Positions 36,501 through 48,310 are shown, counted from the first letter of the stretch. The stretch: DNA of 64,000 nt from Mytilus californianus (GCF_021869535.1 NW_026262668.1:16244001-16308000), one strand, 5' to 3'. Notes: generated by a model not told the origin, from the sequence alone. Translations and numbers: made by a program.

Positions 36501-39500
36501 TTCATAAGTTCCTTGGTTGTTCCTAGTGAATAATTGAATTCTGTAGATTATCCATGATTTGATTTGATTTTTGTGTTTTTGATGCCACTTTAAGCACCGC
36601 TTTTGGGCTATTTCGTGGCGGCCAGTTTTTATTGGTGGAGGAAGCTGGAGTGCCCGGAGAAAACCACAGGCCTTCGATAGGAAAACTGACAATCCTAGTC
36701 AATTAAGATTGGAGTCAAGTGCACCTGCACGAGCAGGGTTCGAACTTACAACCTCAGTGTTGACTGGCTAGTGATTACAGTAGTAACTACTTAGACCAAT
36801 CAGCCACAGAGGCCCCGATTATCCAAGATATCTGTAATTAAATATGTAATCCACTAACGATTTTATCCTATCATGCCAATCATTTGCATTCATTTAGTAA
36901 ATGCATCACTTGGCTACTACATCGTCAATGAATGGGACTGGTCTAGCTATGCAAATGACCTACGTAAACGTCACACTGTCTATGAGGTAACGCTTGCAAC
37001 ATTGAGCACCAAATTTGATTTATTCCAGTTTCTCTTTCTCTGGATGAAAAATGTCTTATATTTAACAACCTGTATGGTTCTACCCTACACCCCGTAAAAA
37101 AGATCTCAAATTTCCAAATTTCAATAAAACTTCTTTAAATAATCGTAAACGTTGCTTCACGTTACACTTTGTGGTCGAATTTCCCTAAAAAAAATGCCAG
37201 ATTCGGACTAAGACTGGGGATATATTTGTTATCTACGTTCATATTCATAGATATGGTTATTTTAACACCCTTCAGTACCCTGTACCCCCATTCGGCTTTG
37301 CCTCAGGGCGTACTTGGATACTTCAGGGTGTTAAAATACCCATATCTACAGATATGAACGTAGATAACTTATAATATATTATACTTACTACGATACCCAA
37401 TAAAACCAAGATCCTGTTGTCTGTATAAATTGTTTGATCGGTGCACTAAAAGAAAAAACAAAAATTTATTGATCATTTAAGTTAAGAAAAATGTAAAAAT
37501 TCTGGACAGGAAATGATCCACTTGTATTTCACTTCAATCTCTATCAAAATTTGAAAACATTTTTCTATAAAAAAAAATTTCAATTAGCTCAAAGATTTAT
37601 TTACAAAATCACATATCTGAGATGAAGAGATCTTCTTATTTCAGCTATTGGAGTAATATAAATGATAACTTTCATTTTACATCTTGCAAGTCAATATCTC
37701 ATTCTACAAGCATTTGCACCAAATTCATCATAAGTAAAGTTAAGAAGATTTTGCTTCTGTATAATACTTAGGAGAAATGGTATGTTTATATAAGATTACT
37801 TTAAGATATAGACACATGATGTGGAAATCTTGCACTATATAATACTTGTTTATTCATGGGTAAGCAGATCCAGTTAGGCATAGGGCACCCGTCATCTCAA
37901 AACCTATAGTTTATGATCTGCTGAAGAAATCTTGACAATAAGATAACTATAATATATAATTAACACAATACTTTTTGTATATAATTGATAGTTAGAAGAT
38001 ATTCATTGTCTCTGTTCCGTACACTGTACTGGAAACATATTCATAAGAGTTTTTTTACAATATTAGTACACTATAAAAGTTGAAAATTTTACAATGCTTT
38101 GATTTCTTAGCAAAATCGTCCTGAATGACATTGTATAAAATTACTTACACAAGAGAAAACAAACAAACAACGCCAAAGGTCACCAGTAACTGAATCATCA
38201 GTATAAGGTAAACCTAAAATTAAAAATCACAATCATGCTTTTATTCAAAATTATCACAATCATGCTTTTATTCAAAATTTATGTTCATCATAAAAAAGTT
38301 TCAATACAAATGATTTTTAACTGAATTGCATTAAATACCACACTAACACATTATATATGAGAATTTTAATTTTAATTCCAGTTAAATCAAAAGTGTAAAT
38401 TGCTTTTCCTGTGCATAAATCTACAAACAGTCATTATAGGTAGAAAGAAAAACATCTAACTACATACCTTTCTGATAAACGCATGTCAAGCATCTAACTA
38501 CTTACCTTTCTGATAAACGCATGTCAAGCATCTAACTACATACCTTTCTGATGAACACATGTCAAGCATCTAACTACATACCTTTCTGATAAATGCATGT
38601 CAAGCATCTAACTACATACCTTTCTGATGAACGCATGTCAAGCATCTAACTACATACCTTTCTGATAAACGCATGTCAAGCATCTAACTACATACCTTTC
38701 TGATGAACATATGTCAAGCATCTAACTACATACCTTTCTGATGAACACGTCAAGCATCTAACTACATACCTTTTTGATGAACACATGTCAAGCATTTTAC
38801 TACATACCTTTCTGATAAACGCATGTCAAGCATCTAACTACATACCTTTCTGATGAACACATGTCAAGCATCTAACTACATACCTTTCTGATAAATGCAT
38901 GTCAAGCATCTAACTACATACCTTTCTGATAAAGGCATGTCAAGCATCTAACTACATACCTTTCTGATAAACGCATGTCAAGCATCTAACTACATACCTT
39001 TCTGATGAACACATGTCAAGCATCTAACTACATACCTTTCTGATGAACGCATGTGAAGCATCTAACTACATACCTTTCTGATGAATGCATGTCAAGCATC
39101 TAACTACATACCTTTCTAATGAACACATGTCAAGCATCTAACTACATACCTTTCTGATAAACGCATGTCAAGCATCTAACTACATACCTTTCTGATGAAC
39201 GCATGTCAAGCATCTAACTACATACCTTTCTGATGAATGCATGTCAAGCATCTAACTACATACCTTTCTGAGGAACGCATGTCAAGCATCTAACTACATA
39301 CCTTTCTGATGAACGCATGTCAAGCATCTAACTACATACCTTTCTGATGAACGCATGTCTCACAGCCTTGTCACTGAAAGAATTACCAAACGGACTATCT
39401 GCAAATCCTGTCTCATAGTTACTGTCAGCTATTCTATCTGTTAAATAAGTAAGATTAAATGTGTTACATGCATTTCTGGTAATCATACACAATTTGACAA

Positions 39501-41766
39501 ATTTGCTAAAGATGCATGACTATTTATCTATCAAGTGTTTGTGGGCACTGAAAGGGAAAAGATGGCTTTCATTTTGTAATTTTGTGAATTTTTAAATAAA
39601 ACATTGAATTGTATTTTGCAAGGCAAGTTAAAAATTTGAGTTATTTTCCTTTGTTCATGATTTTTCATTTGTAGTTAAACCTAGATTTATAACAGATTCA
39701 TACACCATGCATTACTTATGTAACTTTTGATAAAAAATGTTTTCTTGACAAGTATGGTAATTCAAATACACATCATATTGTAACTTAAATATCAAAATAT
39801 AACATATCATCAATAAATTGCACGACATTGACTGGATAGGACCTAAATAATGATCACTTCACTGCACTGTATTGTTTGAACTATCAAAGGAAGAAGAGAT
39901 CAACCCTGGAAGATACAGATATCAAGTCAGTACCATAGGGTTTTCATTGCATTTCATGCAATCTTTACCCAAAAATTAAGGTTTTCTCAAATTCATTTGA
40001 CAATTTTTCCAAACAAAATAAATTGCACATCGACATATTATACACAACAACTTACAATTTCATTTATGTTGTACCCATAGTTTTGAAGTTTATCTGTTTC
40101 GAAAAAGTATTTCTCACATTTGTAATTTTCTAAAAAAATACTTTTTCGAAACAGATAAACTTCAAATCTATGTTCATTTAAGATTTGTGAAGATTTTCCA
40201 ATTCGTTCAGAAAAAAACTATAGATGGTGACGTTCCCTTGTCACCATCTTATGGTGTTTATATATCTCAACTTGTACAATTTGCTCTTGTATGTAACCAC
40301 GTATTAGATTTTAGCGAGAGAAATTTATATATTACTGAAAAATTATTACACCAGGGTTTTCGATATCATTAACTAGTCAAAACATTTACTAAATTTTATC
40401 ATCAGTATAAGGCATCATTCGTAAATATAACTCCATATGCAGACATCTTATATGTTCGGGTATTTCACATCCAATCTTTTATGGTAATATTCTTTACAAA
40501 GCACAAAAATGTCAGTATTCACCTCAAAAGCTAACAAAACCTTTAAACAGACTTATTAAGAAGGGATATAGTTACCATACTGTTGTCAGGTCATTAAAGA
40601 TTGTATATTTTGGCTTTAATATTGATTCGCTTATAGGGTCTTTGCATCGGAATTAAACATATTTATTCTAAAACCAGTTGTTGGCATGACACGGGTTATG
40701 TTCTTCTCATATATTTTATGACGGTATAATACTAAACCCCTAACAGGAGGGATTGTGCCTGATATTCATATGATGAAGACATAATCTTTCAATCAGTTTA
40801 ATTGAGGTCTGGAGCTGGCATGTCAGTAACTGCTAGTAGTCTGTTGTTATTTATGTATTATTGTCATTTTGTTTATTTTCTTTTGTTTCCTATTCTGACA
40901 TCGGACTCGGACTTCTCTTAAACTGAGTTTTACTGTGCGTACTGTTGTATGTTTGTTTTTTCTACATTGGCTAGAGGTATAGGGGGAGGGTTGAGATCTC
41001 AAAAAACATGTTTAACCCGCCGCATTTTTGCGCCTGTCCAAAGTCAGGAGCCTCTGGCCTTTGTTAGTCTTGTATCATTTTTAATCTTAGTTTCTTGTGT
41101 ATAATTTGGAGTTTAGTATGACGTCCATTATCACTGAACTAGTATACATATTTGTTTAGGGGCCAGCTGAAGGACGCCTCCGGGTGCGGGAGTTTCTCGC
41201 TGCATTGAAGACCCATTGGTGGCCTTCAGCTGTTGTCTGCTCTATGGTCGGGTTGTTGTCTCTTTGACACATTCCCCATTTCCATTCTCAATTTTATAAT
41301 TTACTTTTATTAAACATACCATTCTAGAATGATAGTACTGTTGATTCATTACTAATCTTTGAATACCATTTTCTCTGGATTGTGTTGGTATACATATGGT
41401 ATAGGGAAACCATGAATTTAAATGTTCAACAGAACACACATTTTCTAAAAGCTTGTATACAAACTTGGGCAAATCCATGAAATAAAATATCCACGAAAAT
41501 ATAAGTTTTCCTCAATCCAAGAAAATTGGTATCACTGAAGATAAATGAATCCACAGTACTGAATGTTTCTGTGTGTTGTATAAATAAGACTTACTTTTAG
41601 GTATGTTGGTTGGTGGAGGATCTACACCTGAACTATATGACTTCTGTGGAGGAGGATCTACTGCTGATGCGTATGTTGGAGGCAGTGCTGTTGGTGTACT
41701 GTACTGTGTATTGTAATTGGACCCCAATATGTGTGGTGCTTGATTTGGTTCCTGGTTATATGCCAT
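27438..41766 (-). CDS. LFG: Protein lifeguard (TMBIM / Bax inhibitor-1 family, LFG1/FAIM2/GRINA-like), 306 aa, 10 coding exons
   Basis: Exons 41766-41595, 39437-39340, 38213-38149, 37445-37389, 33123-33033, 32230-32193, 31321-31234, 29350-29234, 28932-28885 and 27584-27438 join in frame with GT-AG ends. Product has a Pro-rich N-terminus, SFSDKAVRHAFIRKVYLILMIQLLVT, RRKFPGNF, LFAIQTKVDFT and YDTQ...ELSPEEY...ALQLYIDIV, all Lifeguard family signatures. The exact vertebrate ortholog cannot be assigned. Confidence 0.95.
28885..28932 (-). CDS. Lifeguard coding exon 9 (IMDCVYGGLAALVFSL)
   Basis: tttcag| acceptor, |gtaaga donor; 48 nt. Confidence 0.9.
29234..29350 (-). CDS. Lifeguard coding exon 8 (VDFTMCSGLLFALLMVLILFGWSCLIFYFVFPADVFAWR)
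   Basis: ttttag| acceptor, |gtaagg donor; 117 nt. Confidence 0.92.
31234..31321 (-). CDS. Lifeguard coding exon 7 (FYDTTIVFVAAGVTCLVCLALSLFAIQTK)
   Basis: ttgtag| acceptor, |gtaaga donor. Confidence 0.92.
32193..32230 (-). CDS. Lifeguard coding exon 6 (TLAFSYMVGTIS)
   Basis: ttttgcag| acceptor; weak CAG|GTTCAG donor required by frame and family motif. Confidence 0.85.
32268..32476. mobile_element. MITE with tac(t/c)gtggattcatt...aatgattccacagta terminal inverted repeats
   Basis: Imperfect 15-bp TIRs, TA ends; partial sibling at 41420-41557. Confidence 0.7.
33033..33123 (-). CDS. Lifeguard coding exon 5 (GTFLVTYIVLVCIPSVRRKFPGNFICLAVF)
   Basis: ttacag| acceptor, |gtaagt donor. Confidence 0.92.
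33166..34397 (+). mobile_element. HINE/Helentron-associated element carrying a ~147-bp satellite core (about 7 units)
   Basis: gaggtc anchors at 33315, 33462, 33610, 33757, 33904, 34050 and 34206; (GCC)n tract; 3' hairpin gtcgagc..tgcgac-aaaa-gtcgca..gctcgac; sits in A/T tracts. Confidence 0.8.
36197..36353. repeat. 43-bp tandem repeat, about 3.7 units
   Basis: caggtgtg at 36199, 36242, 36285 and 36328. Confidence 0.85.
36556..36816 (-). mobile_element. tRNA-derived SINE with a Meta/V-type central domain and (AAATC)n tail
   Basis: Minus strand: A box gtggctgattggt, B box gttcgaacc, core ggttttctccgggcactccagcttcctcc; partial copy at 24196-24350. Confidence 0.8.
37228..37368. mobile_element. 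Palindromic MITE
   Basis: 17-bp perfect TIR gttatctacgttcatat/atatgaacgtagataac with imperfect pairing continuing inward. Confidence 0.75.
37389..37445 (-). CDS. Lifeguard coding exon 4 (APIKQFIQTTGSWFYWVS)
   Basis: cttttag| acceptor, |gtaagt donor; phase 2 to 2. Confidence 0.9.
38149..38213 (-). CDS. Lifeguard coding exon 3 (VYLILMIQLLVTFGVVCLFSL)
   Basis: ttttag| acceptor, |gtaagt donor; first transmembrane helix. Confidence 0.92.
38452..39359 (-). repeat. 38-bp minisatellite (24 units) made of the last 20 nt of Lifeguard coding exon 2 plus the first 18 nt of the intron
   Basis: Minus-strand unit gacatgcgttcatcagaaag|gtatgtagttagatgctt; donor hexamers counted from 38462 to 39334. Confidence 0.97.
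39340..39437 (-). CDS. Lifeguard coding exon 2 (RIADSNYETGFADSPFGNSFSDKAVRHAFIRK)
   Basis: aacag| acceptor; AAG|GTATGT donor, which is the first unit of the 38-bp array. Confidence 0.92.
40205..41296 (+). mobile_element. 5'-truncated Penelope-like retroelement: decayed RT thumb region plus long 3' tail
   Basis: DGDVPLSPSYGVYISQLVQFALVCNHVLDFSERNLYITEKLLHQGFRYH*LVKTF matches the YGVYISQL..F...C motif of PLE RTs; in-frame stop; tail 40985-41296 recurs inverted at 49363-49720. Confidence 0.7.
41595..41766 (-). CDS. Lifeguard coding exon 1 (MAYNQ...NIPK)
   Basis: ATG at 41766; |gtaagt donor in phase 1; upstream AG near 41786 implies a 5' UTR intron. Confidence 0.85.
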
Positions 41767-43982
41767 TATAAAATGTATCTTCTATCTACCAATAAAAGTA
41801 GTATACTGTTTACATATAAAAGACACCAGAAAGAGTTTGCTTTAATCACGTTAATTCTCTTAATTTTCTCAAAACATTTACTTGTATAAGTAATTTTTTT
41901 TTTAAATCCCTAAATTTAAAGTTCTCAAGTTTTGGGATATAAAAACATGCCTTAAACAATTTTTTCTCTGGTAAGCTCATAATTTTTTATTAGAGTTCAA
42001 GGTTTCATCTCATTAATTCAACAAAGAAACTAATTGCGCAAAGATCTTAAGAAATTGCGCAAGTCCTTCAGAAATTGCCCCTTGGAGGTTTGTAAATGAG
42101 CAGTGTTTTGAAGATAACAGCCAAATGAGATTTTCATTGTCCATGAAATTACACTTAAATGATAAGTAAAGACATTTGCAAAGGACAGACAAACTAAAAA
42201 TTCTATTAGAGCAAAGAAGTCCTGAGAAATTCAAGAAAATAAGATAGCATGACTTTTTTACTTGTATAAGTAAAAAAAATCTGAATGTCAAAGGGACATA
42301 ACTAAGCCATTAAAAATAATTTACCTATACAAGTAAATAAAATACACTTGTATAAGTATCTTACAAATCTACTTATATAAGTATATTAATATTTACTTCT
42401 TCAAGTAAATAAAAATAACTTGTACAAGTAGTACCCCTGACTGCATGTACACAAATGTATCCTTTAATTTTAAGATTTTCCCTAGTATATTTTTGCAACT
42501 TTATAACTATTTGTTTGTTCAGTCAACTTATTGAAAATATTTATCAGGACATATAACTTCAATTGTTTTTTTTTCTAATCTGACTTTCAAGGGAGAAGTG
42601 ACTTCTCTTTTTGAATCTGACAGGAGAAGTGTTGACATTAAAGATAAACATGATAGAGAGAGGGGCTTGTTCACTTGTGATGCTACAAAGTTTTCTGGCC
42701 ACAGTATTGCTATTTGCCATTTGTCATGTTTGTATATATCCCTATTTGTTTCATACAGATATGCTAACTATAAATTCAACATTTTCCATTGTATGTCAAT
42801 ATATTAGCACATGCATGTATAATGTAACTTGTTGTTTTTGTCAATTGTCAATCATCTGCCATGTCAATATAATCATTTATTTTTTTTTATTTATTTTTTT
42901 TGGGGGGGGTAGATAACAGTGAGCAGTGGCATTCATGAGTCATGTTTAACGGCAAATAGGTAGTATCCAATCAACAGTTGTAACTACTGAACTACATGTA
43001 CCTTTACTAGTTTTCTGTAGTAGAAAGCACATTTTGACCCAAGGCCTGCTTTCCATATTGTGTGCCATTCTTTTACATGTATTTCCTTAAAATTTCATCA
43101 GAAAGAATTAAATATTATGGCTGTTTACAGCACAAAAATTTACTCTTGAGTATAGGTAAGATTTCAGGCATGGCAAGAACTACATATATAATTTAAATGA
43201 ATATTGTTTCAGAAAATTTAAAAGTTTTCCTGGATTTTGAGGTTTCTTTTTTTTTGTCCCACAGAAGTTGCCAAAGTTGCCAAGTTGCCAAGCTAGGTTT
43301 GGAAAAAATTTTATGAGACATACCAGTACCCTCATGTAATTATTGTATTGAGTTGAATAGATTGACATGAACAATAGAGGGATAATAAATATCTGCCTAA
43401 CAATAAGTGATTTAAATTGTGTAAACAACGTAAAATTTGAAATAAGAAGTTTATGCATAAATCCCAGGGACATATATATGGATATATATTTATTTTTTTA
43501 ATCATTTTCAAAAAGTTGGTCATCAGGTGTAAAAAGCTTCATTTTTTACGATTTTTTGTCCTTTTTCTTGACCAGGAAGGCCGAGGGATGCTGATAGAAG
43601 TATCTTAATGTAGTATGCATGTAGAGTGGGCCCCTGTGAACACATAAATCACAACAAAGCTTAGGTCAGAGTCGTACTGATCTTGGTACAGCAGTCTAAA
43701 GAAGGTCATTTGCACCAAAAATCCAGAATTTCTCGATTTTTTCCTGATTTTTGGCTTCAACTGGACCTGCAACTGGAAGTAGTCATTCACTTAGTGGATT
43801 TCAATAACAAACACAATCAGTAGTTATATTCCCGCGTGTTTACACTACTTTTGAAGGTTCTAGGCCTCTGAACTGCCTGTGTCAGACAGGTTGAGGGAAC
43901 ATACATCAATTTTGAAATAGACATTAATAAATATTAAACATGAATGGTAAAAATATACAGCTTATATTATGTAATTGTGACA

Positions 43983-44250
43983 TTACTTACAATATAAAAC
44001 TTCTCTGCGTCTTTTCAGAATAAAATAACAGGTTTTGGCACATAATCTAATAATATCTAGATTCGAAAATATAAAAATACCATTTTATGGCAGTCTGTGA
44101 AACTATCAAAATGTTCATCAATTTTAAAAGATTCAGTAAAAAGAATTTGTCTAAGATCATTATAAACAGGACAATGTAAAATAACATGACATTCATCTTC
44201 AACAGTATTAAAATCAAAGTACTGAAGTACTGAACATCGGATGACCACAA
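43983..44250 (-). pseudogene. 3' fragment of a LINE ORF2 (CR1/L2-group-like Cys/His C-terminus), frameshifted
   Basis: VEDECHVILHCPVYNDLRQILF...; after a frameshift FSNLDIIRLCAKTCYFILKRRREVLYCK*. Confidence 0.7.
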
Positions 44251-44307
44251 GTTCTTGAGGATGGTCAAAAGCACTTGTCTCAGAAAAAAAACAACATATC
44301 TCTTTAC

Positions 44308-44400
44308 CTGAAACTGAGGTTAATGTACAGAGATATATTTTTTTCTAGACAAGTGCGTGCGAGTATGATGAATAAATGACAGGAAATTCAACTTCACCGT
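44308..44400 (-). promoter_or_regulatory. Candidate non-coding first exon of Lifeguard
   Basis: Strong CAG|GTAAAG donor at 44307 upstream of the acceptor at 41786; no transcript evidence; 5' boundary is a guess. Confidence 0.3.
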
Positions 44401-46647
44401 AATAACTATTATATTGTAGTGATACAAATCAGTATACACTGATTTGTTGTTATATATTATATTAAAATAACAGTTACATATATATATGATTTGCATCCGT
44501 TTGTATATCATTCTATTCTACTGTCAGTCTAATAATAGTGCAATGCAAGTGCATGGTGGACACTTTTCTGTAAAAATTCGATTTTTCTAAGATTGGATAC
44601 GAGTAGGCATTCATATTTTCCCGCAAAAACAATTACAGAGTTAACGGTCCTGTCGCAAAACGTTCTTTGAGATATTCTTCCGCATGCTTTAACACAATTT
44701 TTCGGTACGTGTGCATATATTATCAATGATTTTTTACTTATATATATATATCTAACTACAAAACATTTTCACATTATTAATTTATGTTGTAAACAAAAAT
44801 ATTTTTATCAGTATTCATTGAAGAGATTTTTTTATATCAAATGACAAGGAATGTTATTTTGCACTCGTTTATGTGCGCATATTTATCATGTTTATAGATC
44901 GGTTACAAACCAAAAACTAATTTACATAATGGAAATCTAGGCGATAGCAATACATCTGAGTGACCTCAAGGTCATCGCGATGTAAAAATTAAAACAACAT
45001 CTCTCCTCCAGTGACAAATTTTCATACCTCCCAGTTTTCAAAAAGTATCTTAGTGTATATAGTTATCATGGTTATGACGTCTGGTAGATCATTTCTAATG
45101 TTTTTATGTCAAAGAATTTTGAAGGCATCAAAGCAAAAAAATAAAAAATATATAACCTTACAAAAAGTTATTTGAAGACCTTATTGAACTTTTTTTTACC
45201 CTCTTGCTGCCTCTTATTCAATGTGGTTAAATTGCAGAGGCCAGGTCATGGCCAATGGCAATTAAGTGTCCGTGACGTCTCATGTCCAACTTTGATGTCA
45301 TTCAATATATATGATACCCCCCCCTGATGACATTCCATTTGAGACCCATTAAAAGAAAGATTACACTATATATTCTTTGCTGTTTTATTTGAAAGAGATT
45401 TAGTTATGAACAAGTGCTTGCATAAATTAAACATATGGACTCATGTGTCCCTCCGGCATAGATATGGCACAAAATGTGCACCAGAATAAAGTTATCTTGT
45501 TTTGTAATCTCCATAGATGCAATGGTTACATTGTCCACCTGTATTAGTTTGCTCCGGCAGACAGTGCGAACACACTTGTCCCTCTGCCTCTGGCAGCAAG
45601 AGGATTATGTAAAAATAAGGAGATGTGGTATGATTGCCAATGAGACAAATATCCACCAAAGTTCAAATGAAGTGGATGTAAGTAATTATAGGCAACCGTA
45701 CGGCGTTCAATAATGAGAAAAATCCATTTCTTAAATTCGGCTATGAAAGGCCCAGACATGAAAATATGTAACAATTTGTAAAATGTACAAAAAAATATTG
45801 ATGATCTTTTGACAATTTACTATACAGGTAGTTTTATTTTTACATAAATAAGTATTTGAATATTTGTTTTGTACGGACTTCGTCCTCTTTCACAGGTAAC
45901 ACCTGCTTTAGTCCAAATAATTATGACGTCTTGAAAGGCTATTTTAGTTTTTTTTCTGGGATGCCTTCCAAATAGCCTTTCAACAGTACCTCGAATGACC
46001 AAATAACACTTGTAATGACCGAATAACACTTGAAATTTTAATATTAGCACATATTGGTGACATTTAAACATTGATTATTAAATAATATTATATTATAAGT
46101 GTATTTTATAACTTAAAAATGATTTACAGAAAGTAGGTAAGTTCATAATTTGAAAAGATCATTATAAATATAGTGTGTACATCCAACATGGCGACCAAGG
46201 AAAACACAATGGGAAGAATAAAAGAATGATTGCATATGCATTCAAAGGGAAATGCTATGAAAATAAAGTATTAAATAATGTACTGTATATACAGAGTATT
46301 GTCCAATAATTGTTTTTCAGTAAGGTTTTGAAAAGTTAACAAGTACATCAAAGCCATGCAATTACTCCAATCACCTATTAGTTTTCTTAACGATTTACTC
46401 AATATTGAATGAAACGTAATTAAGAATTTTCACATATTTAATTTAAATTTAATCAAAAAATTGATTATACTTGATTGTTTTATAATAAAAACAAAGCAGC
46501 TAAATGGATGTTTCGTATGTGTGTTGTAATAACATTTTCTCAAAAAGAAATAAAAGATTTTCATTGGCAAATATAAATGTTTTTACAAGTAACTAAAATT
46601 TGGTATAAAAACCTGTGAAGACATATGTGCTGTCTTCCATTTTTAAA

Positions 46648-46852
46648 ATGGCTTTATAACTTGTGTTCAATGTGATGAAGAATGTGTTGATTGCACAATT
46701 CAGTGCAGTAGTTGTGATGGTTGGGTTTACAGTGCTTGTGTCCCAAAGAATGATTCAATGTTATCGGCCTGGTCAGATGTGTCTCTAAAGTTCCTATGTA
46801 AGGACTGCTGCTTTGCAGACATCAAGTACGACATGGCCAAGGCCCTAGAAAG
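46648..46852 (+). pseudogene. Decayed PHD-finger exon inside element A
   Basis: MA(frameshift)ITCVQCDEECVDCTIQCSSCDGWVYSACVPKNDSMLSAWSDVSLKFLCKDC...LER|gtaagt = C-x2-C-x10-C-x2-C-x4-Y-x2-C-x19-C-x2-C; the His ligand is replaced by Tyr; 1-nt frameshift after the ATG; not in the ORF track. Confidence 0.8.
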
Positions 46853-47864
46853 GTAAGTAATTTTATAAAGTATATTTTTAACATAATATTTATTAGAAGG
46901 TATATGAAATTTATAAAGAACAAATGTGAAATTGTACATATTTAATTTTAATGAAGACATTAATATCACTAATTCGATTATATTTAACTTATTTCTTATT
47001 TCATTTTCCTTGGCAATATATATTCAATTTATTTAATTTACTCAAAATTCAGAAATAAAAGTAAAGGAAAAAAAATTAATATTCTTAGATGCTTAGTATT
47101 GACGTTTAATTTTTTTTTTATTGCTATGTTCATCCATTTTAATACTTTAAATAAGTTTAATAATGAAATATTTTGTGAAAAGAAAAATAAACGAGAGAAC
47201 AACCACCTTCAAAAAGAAGAAGAACTGATTGTGTATTTAATACTATACATGCATTACAGTATTATTACAGCAGTGGGTAAATTGTGACTTGTTTTAAAAA
47301 AGTAAATTGTGTTATTTAATTGTATATTATTTTTACTGCACTTACTTTTTTTGTTCACTTCTTCTGTTTTATTGGTAAGTATATTGTATTGCTGATACTG
47401 TTTATTTGAATTGTGTTGAACTTTTTAACCATTGTATGTTTATAACTTACTTTTATTTGCTTTCTTCTTCTCTTTCATTGGTAAGTATATTGTATAATGA
47501 TTATGTATTGTTCATGCTGTTTATTTGTAGTGTGTATACTTTTTCAAATTGTTCATGCTTTTTGTTTGTATTGTGTATACTTTTCTATATTGTTCATGCT
47601 GTTTATTTTTATTGTGTATATTTTTTTGTTTTGTTTTACTGGTAAGTACATGTATACGTTCTAACCAATGTATGTTTATAATCTATTTTAATTGCTTTCT
47701 TCTAATGTTTAAGTAAGTATATTGTATTGTTTATGCAGTTTATTTGTATTGTGTTTAATGCATTTTTCTTTTACTGTTTCCCATTGCTGTTTTATAGACT
47801 GGATACATAATGCATGTATAGTATTGTTGTGCATGTTTTCAGGTACAACTGGAAGAAAATATTT

Positions 47865-48170
47865 TTTTAAGTTCTAAATAAATTGTTTTCGCGGACTATG
47901 ACAGATAAGCCCTTGCCTTGTGCAGGATATCTTAGTAGTTTTAATTTTTTACAATAAATTCTAAATAAAGTGTTATCGTGGACTACATGTATGATAGATA
48001 AGCCTGTGCCTTGTGCAGGACATCTTAGTAGTTTTAATTTTTTACAATAAATTCTAAATAAATTGTTTTTCGCGGACTATGACAGATAAGCCTGTGCCTT
48101 GTGCAGGATATCTTAGTAGTTTTAATATTTTGTTAAATAAATCCCAAATAAATTGTTTTCGCGGACTATT
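47865..48170. repeat. ~90-bp tandem repeat, about 3.3 units, inside element A
   Basis: cg(c/t)ggacta anchors near 47890, 47977, 48071 and 48160. Confidence 0.8.
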
Positions 48171-48310
48171 ATTGCCTTGACGTTGCGTGAGGGCTTCACT
48201 TTGATGGTCTAAAATGAACATGTTGAGGGATTGTATGCAATCATTCTTTTATGATTCCCATTGTGATATCCTTGGTCACCATGTTGGATGTACACAATAA
48301 TATTTATTAT

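Noticed and set aside
38452-39359. CRISPR-like array of 38-bp repeats
   Set aside because: Units are contiguous with no unique spacers, there are no cas genes, and the context is a eukaryotic intron
40660-41296. Hammerhead in the Penelope 3' tail
   Set aside because: Partial CUGA-like words are present but no complete CUGANGA/GAAA core with supporting helices
43540-43800. Minus-strand EKFWIFGA resembling the Merlin/IS1595 WVFG motif
   Set aside because: Surrounded by stops, with no other transposase motifs; likely chance
47375-47718. Four GTAAGT motifs in degenerate AT-rich repeats as a second donor array
   Set aside because: Not tied to an identifiable exon; irregular spacing in low-complexity sequence
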